The position numbers were made by a program, and so were the translations under genes. Of a stretch of 64,000 nucleotides of DNA, positions 28,031-42,329 are shown piece after piece. Origin of the DNA: Anaeramoeba ignava BMAN (lineage: Eukaryota > Protista > Anaeramoebae). The notes beneath the pieces were generated by a model. It was not told where the DNA came from and made no database searches. It saw nothing but the letters and a program-made list of their open reading frames with translations. The stretch spans positions 372,001 through 436,000 of the forward strand of contig JAPDFW010000092.1 of the NCBI GenBank assembly GCA_028826165.1, given 5' to 3'. Each line of letters begins with the position of its first letter. Positions within the stretch are counted from its first letter, which is position 1.

Positions 28031-31000
28031 TTAATCGCATAAAGGTCGAAGAATTGCAAAAATCATAATAGCAGTAAAACCAGCAATAGGTAAAGTAACT
28101 AACCAACTTACAATAATTTTAAAAATCATTTTTCCATTAATTCCAGTTTTCCATCCTATTTAAATATTTATTAAAATTTAAATAAATTTTTAATTTAATT
28201 TTTAATTTAATTTTCAATTTGATTTGATCAAAAGGTGAAATTTTTCCTGTCAAAAAAAAAAACAAAATTACCATAAAGACTAACTCCATAACCCATTACA
28301 GCACCAATTAAAATATGAGTAGTTGAAATAGGCATTCCCAAACGAGAACAAACAACAGTTGTTAATGCAGTTGATAATTGAGCAATATAACCACCAGCTG
28401 GAGTCAATAATGTGATTTTTTCACCAACTGTTAATAAAACTCTACTTCCAAAAAAAAGCAAACCTAATGAAAGAGCAGCACCACCTAAAGCAAGAATCCA
28501 ATATGAGACATTAACTTGGGTTGTTGTTCCTGATTTGTATACTGCCATAATTGATCCAAAAGGTGCTGTTGCATTTGGAACATTATTCTAAATAATTTTT
28601 TAATTTTGATTTTAAATTTAAATTTAAATTTGAAATTTTTGAATTTCATTTTAATTTACTCCTCCATGCCCAAAAGCTACAAATAACGAAGTAATAATTT
28701 GTAAAAGCATAAACAAGGGAACTGTTTTACCGAGTTTTTGGATTTCTTTTTTATAAGGAGACTCATCCTCTTGCTCTTTTAGATCACTGGGCTTTTTTGT
28801 CAACTTGTTTTCTTGATCTCTATCAACATTCTTCAATTCAATAAATTTATTTGTATTTTCCAATTCAATTTCACTATCACTATCACTTTGTTTTTGGTTA
28901 TTTGATTTCAAATTCAAGTCTATCTTTTCCAAATTCATTCTCAAATTATTGACATCCATTTTATCAGAAAATTCAGTCAAAAAACTGTCTTCAGACATTG
29001 TTTTCCAACCTCTATCATTAATAGGGATTTCGGGAAGAAATTCAGGTTGAATAACATAATGGAATTCCTCTTTTTCTAATTCATCACTTTCTACATTATA
29101 TTCAACATATTTTTCAAGATGTAAATCAATATCGCCAAAAATTTCAAAAGAATCAAGCATTCCAAATTCATTTAATGGATCAACAATATTAAATGAATCA
29201 TCTGAGATTTTTTCCTCTTTTTTTAAATAAAAATTTAGGATCCATTTATAGCAAATAAACCAAGAAATAAGCCATGATACAATAAATATCACAATTAAAA
29301 GCCAAACTGCAAGTTTGATTTTCAGTGATTTGACAACACTTTCAAAAAAGAATAAAACCATAACTGCAATTGTGAATCCAAAATGAATTGGTGTCCATTT
29401 TTTTGATGCTTTTTGACATTCTTCATCGTTTTTTTTGTTGAAAATTGTTTTGTTCATAATCTTGAACATTAACCATGAGACTACAAATCCTGATACTGGT
29501 GATATTACCCAGGATAGAATGATATTGATTAATGAAGTTGAGTTTACTGCTTTTGTTCCATCTTTGTATAATGCGAATCCAAGAATTCCTCTTTGGAAAT
29601 GAAGATGTATAAATAATATTATTAAATATTTTTAACATATTTTTAACATTTTTTAAACATTTTTAACATTTTTTAACATTTTTTAACATATTTTTAACAT
29701 ATTTTTAACATTTTTTTAACATATTTTTAACATATTTTTAACATTTTTTAACATATTTTAACATATTTTTAAAATTTAAAATTTACCCAACTATTGAATG
29801 AGTTGTTGAAACAGGAAGCCTAAAATTTTTATCAATTTTTTAATTTCAATTTTTTAATTTTAATTTTAATTTTAATTTTAATTTTAATTTCAATTTTGAA
29901 TTTTAATTATAATTTTGATTTTAATTTTAATTTTAATTTTAATTTTGATTTTAATTTTAATTTTAATTTTAATTTTAATATTAATTTTAATTTTAATTTT
30001 AATTTTAATTTTGATTTTAATTTTAATTTTAATTTTAATTTTGAATTTTAATTTTAATTTTAATTTTAATTTTAATTTTAATTTTAATTTTAATTTTGAT
30101 TTTGATTTTAATTTTAATTTTAATTTTAATTTTGATTTTAATTTTAATTTTGATTTTAATTTTAAATAAGGAGATAAAATACGCCCAATAAGTTGCAAGA
30201 AAAAGCCAAGCTGTACTTCCAAATAAAGCAGAAAGCATTCCCAAAGCAAATTCTAATTGATCATTTTCAAAATAAGCAGGATCAACAATACCTTTACGAA
30301 GTGTTTGAGAAACAAAACCTCCAATTAATAAAGCTCCAACAAGTTCAAAAAGACTTCCAATAGATAATGCTTTTTTAATTGTTAAAGCTTTTGAACCAAC
30401 TGCTGTTCCAAATCTTTTATATTTTTAATTTTGATTTTGATTTGAATTTGAATTTAATTTTGATTTTAATTTTGATTTTGATTTTGATTTTAATTGTAAA
30501 TTGGAATGTGAATGATATTTTAATTTTAATTTAGATTTTGATATTAATTTTGATTTTAATTTTGATTTTAATTTTAATTTTTATTTTAATTTTGATTTTG
30601 ATTTTGATTTTGATTTTGATTTTGATTTTAATTGTAATTGTAATTGTAAATTGGAATGTGAATGATATTTTAATTTTGATTTTAATTTTAATTTTAATTT
30701 AGATTTTGATATTAATTTTGAATTTTGATTTTGATTTTGATTTTGATTTTGATTTTGATTTTAATTTTAATTTTAATTGTAATTGTAATTGTAAATTGGA
30801 ATGTGAATGATATTTTAATTTTAATTTTAATTTTGATTTTTATTTTAATTTTGATTTTGATTTTGATTTTGATTTTTAATTTTAATTTTGATTTTGAATT
30901 TGATTTTAATTTTTGAATTTTGATTTTAATTTTATTTTTAATTGTAATTGTAATTGTAATTGTAAATTGGAATGTGGATATTTTGATTTTAATTTTAATT

Positions 31001-31435
31001 TTAATTTAGATTTTAATTTTAATTTTAATTTTAATTTTGATTTTTGATTTTGATTTTGATTTTAAATTTGAATTTGAATTTAATTTTAATTATAATTTTA
31101 ATTTTTAATTTTAATTTTGATTTTAATTTAAATTTGAATTTGAATTTTAATTTTGATTTTGATTTTGATTTTAAATTTGAATTTGAATTTGAATTTGAAT
31201 TTAATTTTAATTATATTTTTAATTATTAATTTTATTTTAATTGTATTTTTGCTTTTGTATTTAATTTGACGTTAGTTTTGATTGATTTTTGATTTGTTTT
31301 TGTTTTTTCTTATTTATTTATTGCTTTTATCAATTCAAAAATTTACGAATTTGCTGCATCATTCATTCCTATTCCGAAAGCCATTAAAAATGCACAAATT
31401 GCACCAAAAATTAAAAAGAAAAGCAAAACTCCCAT
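28031..31435 (-). CDS. PiT/PHO4 (SLC20) inorganic phosphate transporter, 6 exons
   Basis: GIGMNDAANS|FGTAVGSKALT; LPVSTTHSIVG; FGHGG|NNVPNA; GMPISTTHILIGAVMG; SWLVTLP. Confidence 0.9.
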
Positions 31436-31712
31436 TTTTAATTTAAATTCTCTTTTTTTAAAAAGAAAAAGAAAAAGAAAAAAAAATTTTTTAAAAAAAA
31501 AAATGAAAAAAAAAATTTTGATTTTTATTTTTATTTTGAAAAAGCAAATTTTTCTTTTTAATCTTCGTTTTGATTCCCTTTTTTTTCTTTTCTATTTTAT
31601 TTCATTCAATTCTAATTTAACTATTATTTTAATTTCAATTTATTTTTAATTTCTTCAAAAAAAAAAAAGTGGAAAATGAAAAATTTTTTAATCAAAAAAA
31701 AAAATAAAAAAA

Positions 31713-33371
31713 TTAAAATAAAATATCATCTTCATTTTCATCTTGATCTGTTGTATGAAAATGTTCAAAATTTACAACAAAAACACCAGAATTTTTTCTA
31801 GTAACAATATCTCTAAAATGATGATTCCATTCCAAATCTTGAAAAGTATAAGAATATCTTGATTGAAAAGCATTAGAAGTTGAAGTATCAACAGCATCTA
31901 AAGAAACAATAATTTCAATTTGGGATTCTTTTAAATCATTTTTTGAGCGGTTAAAAAATAGTGAATTTTCATCGATTGGATGAACAATTAAAGAAGGTAA
32001 AGCTAAAAATGAACCTGGTGATCCTATTTCTATTTTGGATAGCTTTGTTATTTGATAATCTTCTATTCCTTCTTGTGATTTTTCCTTTCGTAAAAAAAAT
32101 ATATTTGTTTTTGATGCTAAAAGTTGTTGTCTTCGTATGTTTGCTACTCTTATCATTAAACATGGAACTCCTCGATATTTGTGAATTACTGCTGTTCTTG
32201 AAAATAGGATTGTTCTTCTTCTTGTTGTTGGTCGACTTAATTTTTTGATTTTTGATTTTTGATTTTAATTTTAATTTTAATTTTAATTTTAATTTTGATT
32301 TTAAATTTCATTTTAATTTTAATTTTAATTTTAATTTTAATTTTAATTTTAATTTTAATTTTAATTTTGAATTTCATTTTAATTTTAATTTTAATTTTGA
32401 TTTTGATTTTGATTTTCATTTTAAATAAAATACGTGAATTTTTGATATAATAATCCAATCCAAGTAGAATCTTCCAAAACACCAACACAAATTTGGATTA
32501 CAACAATGAAATTGGGATATAAATGATTTCCAGGTGACATATAACCATAACCAATCTTAAATTGAAAATGAAATTGAATTTGAAATTGAAATTGAATTTG
32601 ATTTATAAATGAATTTGAATTTGAAATTGAAATTGAAATTGAAATTGAAATTGAATTTGAAATTGAAATTGAAATTGAAATTGAAATTGAAATTGAAATT
32701 GAAATTGAAATTGAAATTGAATTTGAAATTGAATTTGAAATTGAAATTGAAATTGAAATTGAAATTGATTTATAAATGAATTTGATTTATAAATGAAATT
32801 GATTTATAAATTGAAATTGAAATTGAAATTGAAATTGATTTATAAAATGAATTTGATTTATAAATGAATTTGAAATTGAAATTGATATTGATATATAAAA
32901 TGAATTTGAATTATAAATGAAATTGAAATTGATTTATAAATGAATTTGATTTATAAATGAATTTGAATTATAAATGAAATTGAAATTGATTTATAAATGA
33001 TTTCAAAAATAAAAATAAAATACTGTAGCTTGAGTTTGAACTGAAAAATAAAAACATTGATGAAAAGATTGTAAATTATGATCCAAAGCACTTCTTCCCA
33101 AATAATACAACAAACCAAAAAACAAATAACTACACATAAAACCACAAATAATTAAAGGAATTAAATATCTCCAAGGTAAATCAACTATCGTATGAAATAA
33201 ATCCCTTAAAAATTTCTTTTTCTTTATTCCTTTTAAATTTAAATTTGTTTCTCCATCTTGTCGAATTAATTTATCAAACAAATATTCATTTTCATATTCA
33301 ATTTCTTCAATGTCTTTCTCATGAATTTGCTTGTAATAATTATTTGAGAGATTTTGGTTGTCTTTTGACAT
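31713..33371 (-). CDS. Inward-rectifier K+ channel (Kir/KirBac family), 3 exons
   Basis: DLFHTIVDLPW; FYFSVQTQAT|IGYG filter; KFT|RP..TILFSRTAVI; CLMIRVANIR; IVHPIDENS; EIIVSL; FQSRYSY. Confidence 0.9.
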
Positions 33372-33526
33372 AATTATTTTATTTTATAAAAGAAAAAATG
33401 AATTAAAAATTTTTTAATTAAAATAAAAAGGAGAAAAATTAAAAAGGAGAAAAAAAATTTTTATTTTATTTTTTTTTTCATTTTTTTTCTCATTTTTTTA
33501 ATTAAAAAATTTTCAATTTAAATTAA
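33372..33526. promoter_or_regulatory. Compact bidirectional promoter (155 bp) with two AAAAGGAGAAA motifs and TCATTTT initiator-like elements
   Basis: Head-to-head ATGs at 33371(-) and 33527(+); motifs at ~33426 and ~33442. Confidence 0.55.
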
Positions 33527-36500
33527 ATGGAAACTTCAGATCCTTTTTCTTATTCAGAAAAAAAAGCACAAATTTCATCTCTTTTTCTTCATTTAATGGG
33601 AATAAAACCAAGTGATGATACTAATCCTCAATATGTTCAATTTGTTGCAACTCTTCATTATTTAATTTTTCTTGGAGAAATTAAAGCACCTGTAATTTTA
33701 ATTATAAATAAACAAAACAAAAAAAAAATACAAAAAAAAAATTTATTTAAAAAACTTTTTAATAAACATCGTTAAATCCAGATTAAAATTTAAAATTAAA
33801 ATTAAAATCCAAATTAAGATTAAAATTAAAATTAAAATTAAAATTAAAATCCAAATTAAAATTAAAATTAAAATTAAAATTAAAATTAAAATCAAAATTA
33901 AAATTAAAATTAAAATCAAAATTAAAATTAAAATTAAAATTTAAATTAATATTAAAATTAAAATTAAAATTAAAATTAAAATTAAAATCCAAAATTAAAA
34001 TTAAAATTAAAATTAAAATCAAAATTAAAATCAAAATCAAAATTAAAATCAAAATTAAAATTAAAATTTAAATTTAATATTAAAATTAAATTTAAATTTA
34101 AAATTAAAATTTAATATTAAAATTAAAATCCAAATTAAAATTAAAATATAAAATTAAAATTAAAATTAAAATCAAAATTAAAATTAAAATTAAAATCAAA
34201 ATTAATATTAAAATTAATATTAAAATTAAAATCAAATTAAAATTAAAATTAAAATTAAAATTAAAATTTAAAATTATTAAAATTAAAATTAAAATTAAAA
34301 TTAATATTAATATTGAAATTAAAATTAAAATTAAAATATAAAATTAAAATTAAAATTAAAAATGTAAAACAGTGCAAAGTACAAATGGGATCAATTTGGG
34401 TTGATTCTTTCTTATGTATTAACCCAGACTTTTTCGAATTGAAATTTTCCGATAATTCATTAGTTGCTCCACAAAAATATGATTATGATCCTGAATATAC
34501 ATTAAAAAGAACTAATTATAAACAATTAGCACTTGTAACTGGAGAAGAAGTTAATCTTTCTTTTGAAAGTGATTTAAAAGCATCTTTAGTTCTTGAATTA
34601 TTTAATGTTTATTCTTCTGCTGAATCAATTTCAAAAAATATAACTTCAGCAAGATATTTGAGACCACAATATGCATTACAAAGTAATAATTTTTTAAATT
34701 GAATAAATTTAATTATTTTTAAATCAAATCAATTTAAATTCAAATCAATTTTAATTTGAAATATTTTTAAATTCAAATCAATTTTTAATTTGAAATCAAT
34801 TTAATTCAAATCAATTTTTAATTTGAAATCAATTTAATTCAAATCAATTTAATTTGAAATATTTTAAATTCAAATCAATTTTAAATTCAAATCAATTTAA
34901 TTCAAATTAATTTTAAATATTTTTAAATTCAAATCAATTTAAATTCAAATCAATTTAAATTCAAATCAATTTAAATTCAAATATTTTAAATTACAAATCA
35001 ATTTTAATTTGAAATAATTTTAAATTCAATTTTTAATTTGAAATCAATTTTAAATTTGAAATATTTTTAAATTCAAATCAATTTAATTATTTTTAATTCA
35101 AATCAATTTTAATTTGAAATATTTTTAATTTAAATCAATTTTAATTCAAATCAATTTAATTCAATTTAAATTCAAATCAATTTAAATTCAAATCAATTTA
35201 ATTTAAATCAATTTAATTCAAATCAATTTAATTTGAAATATTTTTAATTCAAAAATCAATTTAAATTCAAATATTTGTAAATTTAATTAATTAAGTGGGT
35301 GATATGATTCCTTTAACTATTCTTGCTCATTGGTGCCATAAAAACTCAATATTTACAAAAAACATACAAGTTTTAAAGAAAGAAGAACGTCCTTTAGTTG
35401 TTCATGTTCAATTAGATAAAGCCGGATTAATAATTACACAACCACCATTTGAACCAGATCCACCAATTCCATATACAGCAAGTTATGAAGTAAATAAAAT
35501 AGGAATGAAATTTTTAATTGAATTTTTTAATTGAATTTTTAATTGAATTTTTTAATTGAAATTTTTTCAATATAAAAATAGATTTTATTCTCAACAAAAA
35601 GACCCAGATTCAAATTAATCGTAGAAGAAGAAGAATACGAATTCATACTTCAAAATGATCCAGCCAGAGACTTTCTTTTCCATCTTCTTACATTTAAATT
35701 CAATATTCAAAATTCAAAAGCTTTTCATCAATTTTTTTCAGAAGAAAAAGGAAATTTTGTTTTATCATTAGATTCTTTATTCACAAGACCTCCTGTTCTT
35801 CCTAAGACATCGATTGCGAAGATTCATTATTATATGAAGAAAATTATTGCTGCCAAAAAATATAGAGTTCCTGTTCTTGTTACTTCTCAGAGAATATATG
35901 GAAATTTACTTTTACTTCCTACAGAAATTCAATTAGTTTTTGGATCAGAAAAAGAAATTGTTGCTCATTATAAAAATACTTTAATTTTTCAAAATGATAT
36001 TGATCCAACTGTTCTTCTTTTGGAAACTTATGTATATTATTTATAAAATTCATTTATAAAATTTATTTATAAAATTAAAATTAAAATTCATTTATAAAAT
36101 TAAAATTAAAATTAAAATTAAAATTAAAATTAAAATTAAAATTAAAATATAAATTAAAAATTAAAATTAAAATTAAAATTAAAATTAAAATTAAAATTAA
36201 AATTAAAATTAAAATTCATTTATAAAATTAAAATTAAAATATAAATTAAAAATATAATTAAAATTAAAAATTAAAATCAAAATTAAAATTTAAAATTAAA
36301 ATTAAAATTTAAATCAAAATTAAAATTAAAATTAATATAAAAATTAAAATGAAAATTAAAATTTTATAATTTTAATTATATTTTTTAGGCTAATTCAGAA
36401 ACACAGAAATTCATTATTCAACCAAAAAGAGCACAAGATACAGATGTTCTCATGAATGCTTTTATGTACTTCAAAACACTCTCAAACGATGTAAATTTAT

Positions 36501-36649
36501 TAATTAATAAAAATTTAAAATTTTTAATTAAATTTTAAATTTAAATTTTTTTTTCTTTTTAGCCTGAATTTATTTTTGAAAAAGAAATGATTAAAATTTT
36601 TGCTTCTGTTCTTGGTAAAATTAATCGGATTGAATCTTTAATTCTTTAA
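33527..36649 (+). CDS. Hypothetical protein (6 exons)
   Basis: Complex-sequence exons join in frame through GT-AG introns (METSDPF..EIKAP|CKVQMG..|..|ILFSTKRPRF..|ANSETQKF..|PEFIFEK..LIL*). Confidence 0.65.
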
Positions 36650-36990
36650 AAATTAATTCAAGTTTATTTCAAGTTTAATTCAATTTTAATTCAAGTTTAA
36701 TTCAAATTTTTATTTTCAAATTTATTTCAAGTTTAATTCAAATTTTTATTTTCAAATTTATTTTCAAGTTTAATTCAAATTTTTATTTTCAAATTTATTT
36801 TCAAGTTTAATTCAAGTTTAATTTCAAATTTAATTCAAGTTTATTTCAAAATTTAATTTCAAATTTATTTCAAATTTAATTTTTATTTTCGCTTCTTTTT
36901 TTTTTATCAATTTAATTCAAAAATCGAAATTAAAATGAAAATCAAAAAAGAAAAAAAATTTAAAGAACATAAAAATCAAAAAAAATCAAA

Positions 36991-37395
36991 TTAAAAGAAA
37001 AAAATCAAAAGTAAAATTAAAGAAAGTAAAACAAAACTAAATTGATTTGCAGAAGAAGCCAATTCAAATGTAGAACCAAGCCAAGCACCAAAATTATCAG
37101 AAGATAAAGCAGTAATTTGAGAAATCTTATTACATTCATAAGGGTTAATTTCCAAAACAGTTTTACAAGTAGTCCCAGTACATTGTTGCCAAGCCCATTC
37201 TTTTGTTTTACCTGCTACTATTTTATATTCTTTCCCATCTTGTCCTTTAAATTCAGTTGATTCTGTATATGTATGTGTCCATTCTGGGTTGTAAGTGCAA
37301 TTAGTGTTGCTAAATGTCATCATAAGAATTCGTGTTTCTGTTTCTAATGAAAATTGAAATAAAATCATAATCAGAAAAATTGTTATTGTTTTCAT
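36991..37395 (-). CDS. Small secreted, probably GPI-anchored Cys-containing surface protein
   Basis: Signal peptide MKTITIFLIMILFQFS; 4 Cys; C-terminal SSA followed by a hydrophobic tail; paralogue of 58580-58978. Confidence 0.75.
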   Translation of the reverse strand: MKTITIFLIMILFQFSLETETRILMMTFSNTNCTYNPEWTHTYTESTEFKGQDGKEYKIVAGKTKEWAWQQCTGTTCKTVLEINPYECNKISQITALSSDNFGAWLGSTFELASSANQFSFVLLSLILLLIFFF

Positions 37396-37639
37396 TTTGA
37401 GATTAAATTCCAAAAAACAAAATTAAAATTAAAATTAAAATTAAAATTAAAATTAAAATTAAAATTAAAATTAAAAACAAAATTAAAATTAAAAAAAATG
37501 TTTCATCAAAAAAAAAAATTTTTTCCTTTTAAACTTTAATCAGAAAATATTCATTTAATTTAATTTAATTTGATTTGATTTAATTTAATTTGATGAGTGG
37601 AAAAAATTTATAATTAAATTTATTTTAAAAAATCAATTG

Positions 37640-38220
37640 ATTAATTCAAATTAAAATAATATTTGGAATTAAAGATTTTGAATAAATAAATTGATTAATT
37701 CAAATTAAAATATTATTTGGAATTAAAGATTTTTATCCAAATTAAGATAATAATTTGATTAAAGATTTTGAATAAATAAATTGATTAAATCTTTTTAGCA
37801 TCTTTTATCCAAATTGAGATAATAATTTGATTAAAGATTTTGAATATTTCATACAATTAAATTCTTTTATCCAAATTAAGATAATTTTAAATAAATATTT
37901 TGATTAAATATTTTTACCATTAAACTTTGATATCTAAATTAAGATAATAATTTGATTAAAGATTTTGAATATTTCATACAATTAAATTCTTTTATCCAAA
38001 TTAAAATAATAATTTGATTAAAGATTTTGAATAAATAAATTGATTAAATCTTTTTACCATCTTTTATCCAAATTGAGATAATAATTTGATTAAAGATTTT
38101 GAATATTTCATACAATTAAATTCTTTTATCCAAATTAAAATAATAATTTAATTAAAGATTTTGAATAAATAAATTGATTAATTCAAATTAAAATAATATT
38201 TGGAATTAAAGATTTTAAAA
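37640..38220. repeat. Irregular tandem repeat, alternating ~62/72-bp units
   Basis: TTTATCCAAATT at ~37732, 37804, 37866, 37991, 38063 and 38125. Confidence 0.75.
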
Positions 38221-38246
38221 AAATAAATTGATTTGAAATTCTTTAT

Positions 38247-39233
38247 TTAAAAGAAATCAGAAAAAGTACTGTTTGATAAATTTCCTGTATTATCGCTATT
38301 TGGATTTAAACCAAAAACATTTTTCTATTTTTTGTTTATTTCTTTTTTGTTTATTTCTTTTTTGTTCATTTCTTTTTTGTTCATTTCTTTTTTGTTCATT
38401 TCTTTTTTGTTCATTTCTTTTTTCACTAAATTTTTCTTATTAATTAATTGATGAATTTCGGAAATTTCATTTCTTAATTTTGCATTAGTTTCTAACTGAT
38501 CTTCAATAAACTGAAACAAAACAGAAAAAATATCTTTCTCATCAAAATGAGTTTGATTGATTTCAACAAACGATCCAAAAATTTGTTCTTCTTTTGCTTC
38601 TAAATTTGAAGTGACTTTATGAAAACGTAATTGAAAAGGACCGTCAAAAATTTGAAGAATTTTAGGGGTAATTTCTGGGAAACAATCAATTAACCTTCGA
38701 GTAGATTTGATTTCGGAAGATTCACACTCAAGCAAAAGCAAAATAGCCTCTTTCATTTTTGCTTTTAATAAAGGAACAAAAAATTCCGATTTCAATTTTT
38801 CTTGTTTGACTTTTAATAAGCCATAGTACAATTTTGACGAGAAGGGAGGCAATTGTGTCTGGAGAAACTGGGTCATCAATCTTTGTCCAAGTTTTTCTGC
38901 CGAGTCTTCGTTGTCGTTTTTTGTTCTCAATAACGGTAGAATTGAGAACAATAACTTGATTTGCTCTTTTATTTTTTTAGTCACTAAATTGATAAAAAAT
39001 TGGTTCAATCTCTTCGCAATTTCTTCTTGGATTTCTTTTTCTAGATCGTTTAGTTGAGACAGTTTGCTAATTGTTGTTTTGGTTGGTAAAGAATCTCGAT
39101 CAATTATTTTTCCTTTGTGAATAATTGGAGATGAAAATAAAAATCCTGTATTTGTATTTATTAAATGTTTTGGAATTTCTTGTTTATAATGATTGCTTAT
39201 AAATTTATTTAAATTATCAATTTTTTTTGACAT
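38247..39233 (-). CDS. Hypothetical protein (likely intron 38325-38426 containing a 15-bp repeat)
   Basis: 302-aa ORF. The KKEMN-repeat tail is bounded by GTGAAA...AATAG, and splicing continues in frame into KNVFGLNPNSDNTGNLSNSTFSDFF*. Confidence 0.65.
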
Positions 39234-39449
39234 TTTTTTTTGTTTTTGAAATAAAAATAAAAATAAAAGAAAAAAAATGAAAAATTAAATTTTTGAATTT
39301 ATTTTTTTTGTTCTAAAAAAAGTAATTAAAATTTTGAGTTAAATTTCCTTTTTTTTTCTTCTAAAAAAAAAACTTTCTAAAATTCCAAATTAAAATTCTT
39401 CTTTTTTCTTTTTAAAAATTTGGATTTAAATCTTTCTTTTCTTTTTGAT

Positions 39450-42329
39450 TTATTTTTTTTGATTATAAAATTCAATTATTCCTTTTGAATTTGATAAAGC
39501 AAGTTCATGAAAAGATAAGAATTTAGCATCAGTTAAGAAATTATCAAGATTTTTTTCATTTTCATTTTCAATTTTAATTTTAATTTCAGAAAATTCAGAC
39601 CAATTTTTAGTTGAAATGATTTTGATTTTGTTATTGAAAAAGATAAATAAAAATGTTCCTGTTGGATCAAAAAGAAGAAAAGGTTTAGATTCTTTAGATT
39701 TTTGATTTGATAAATCGAGATTGATTTCGGATAAAACTGTTTGGTATCTTAAATCCCAAATTTTAACAGATGAATCAAGTGAACCAGAAGCAAAATGGAT
39801 TCTAATTTTATTTTAATTTAATAAATAAATTTTATAAATAATTTTATAAATAAATTTTATTTTAATTTTATAAATAATTTTATAAATAATTTTATAAATA
39901 ATTTTATTTTAAATTTTATTTTAAATTTTATAAATAATTTTATTTTAATTTTTATTTTAAATTTTATTTTAATTTGTAAATTTACCCGCCATTAGAAAAA
40001 GCAACAGATTTAATCTCATAATCTTTTAAATTGTGTTCAAATTTAGCTGCAATTAATTCATTATGGATTTCCCAAATTTCTACAACATTATTAGAAACTC
40101 CTTCAGCTAATAATAAACCATCTGGATGTAAACTAGAAGTAGTATAATCTAAAACAAACAAAAAAAATAATAAGAATAAATTAAATTTATACATTTCATG
40201 TTAAAAAAAATATTTTTTATAATTTTACAGAAATCTTTTTTCTTTTGGGAATAAATTCCAAGATCAGTTTTTGTTTCCATATCAGAAAATCTCCAAGAAA
40301 CATCTTTAAATGAAGTAATTAAATGTTTTTCATCAGGATGTAATTGAATTCCAATAATTTCATTTTCATAATTATAACTATGAATAGGATTTAAAAAACC
40401 TTTTTTTTGCTTTAAATTTTCAATTTGATAGAAATTTTCATTTCCTTTTTTATCTCCTGTAATAAATAGTAATTCATTTGGATGTGTTGTAATTGAAGTA
40501 ATTGGATAATCTCCTTTTGTTTTAATGATTATGGATTCTTTTTTTCTATCATAGATTTGACAATTCCCATCAATTCCACCAGCAATAATCTTAAACAAAA
40601 TATTATAAATAAATATTATAAATAAATATTATAAATAAATATTATAAATAAATATTATAAATAAATATTATAAATAAATATTAAAATAAATATTATAAAT
40701 ATTATAAATAAATATTATAAATATTATAAATAAATATTATAAATAAATATTATAAATAAATATTATAAATAAATATTATAAATAAATATTATAAATAAAT
40801 ATTATAAATAAATATTATAAATAAATATTATAAATAAATATTAATAAATATTATAAATAAATATTATAAATAAATATTAAAATAAATATTATAAATAAAT
40901 ATAAATAAATTTTGTACTAAATCGGAATTTTTTGGAAAGAAATCAATTGTTGAAATTTGTGGTTTATCTTTTTTAAAAAGAGTATTAGTTGATTTTGAAA
41001 GAGATAATTTTTTTGGATCAATTGGTTTTATTTGCTTTTTCTTTAATTCTCTTCTTTTTCTTCTGTGTTCTTGTGCTAATCTATATTAAATAAAAATTAA
41101 AATAATTAAATAAATAAATTCATATACATTGATATCAATATATTTTTTCATATTCATATTTTTTATTATATGTATGTTTTTATATATAAATAAATCTTTA
41201 TTATTATTTTATTCTACAAACTTAAGTGAAAAATCTTCGAGTTCCTTTTTCATTTCTTTTGAAATTTGATTAGTTTCAACTTCCATAATGTTTTCTAAAT
41301 TTTGTTCTTCTTGATTTTCTTTTGAAACTTGATTTTTAGATTGAAGTTCTTCTAATTGAGATTTTAAAGAATCTTTTTCTTCCATTAATCTAGCAATTAC
41401 TCGAGAAGAAGCATCAAATTCATAAAAAGATCTCGCTAATTCTTCTCTTGTCTTTAATATTAATATTAATTTCAAAATAAATTTTATTTAATTTTATATT
41501 TAATTTTAATTATAATTTTGATTTTAATTTTAATTTTAATTTTAATTTTGATTTTAATTTATATTTATATTTATATTTATATTTATATTTATATTTATAT
41601 TTATATTTATATTTATATTTATATTTATATTTATATTTATATTTATATTTATATTTATATTTATATTTATATTTATATTTATATTTATATTTATATTTAT
41701 ATTTATATTTATATTTATATTTATATTTATATTTATATTTATATTTATATTTATATTTATATTTATATTTATATTTTATATATTTATATTTATATTTATA
41801 TTATTTATATTTATATTTATATTTTAGATTTATATTTATATTTATATTTATATTTATATTTATATTTATATTTATATTTATATTTATATTTATATTTATA
41901 TTTATATTTATATTTATATTTATATTTATATTTATATTTATATTTATATTTAGATTTATATTTATATTTATATTTATATTTATATTTATATTTATATTTA
42001 TATTTATATTTATATTTATATTTGAAATTGAATTAGATTTTTACTTGTTGTAAAGCTTTTTTAACATTAAAATACTCAAGAACAAATGTATCCCATTCAT
42101 TATGTAATTGATTTAATAATTGAGGGATTGACGTTTGTTTTAACGTTCTTGGTTGAGTAACTTTTGTTAAATTTATTGGGATTAAATCATTTTTAGTTAA
42201 AGGTTGATTTGTCATTGGGCAAGTTCCTTTAATTTCAATATGTTTTTCAATAGCACTTTTTTCAAAAATATATCCATTTTTTGAACAAACTGGTTCAACT
42301 GTAATTTGACCTGTAATTGAACAAAACAT
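39450..42329 (-). CDS. PRP19: Pre-mRNA processing factor 19 (U-box, coiled coil, WD40), ~6 exons
   Basis: MFCSITGQ..EPVCSKNGYIFEKSAIEKHI...CPMT; TSIPQLL..LHNEWD; Q|TREELARSFYEFDASSRVIARL; WD40 repeats (LHPDGLLLA, FASGSLDSSVKIWDLR). Confidence 0.9.

Noticed and set aside
30165-30182. Possible U12-type donor in the PiT gene (GTATTTTATCTCCTT)
   Set aside because: It does not match GTATCCTT, and no U12 branch site is visible.
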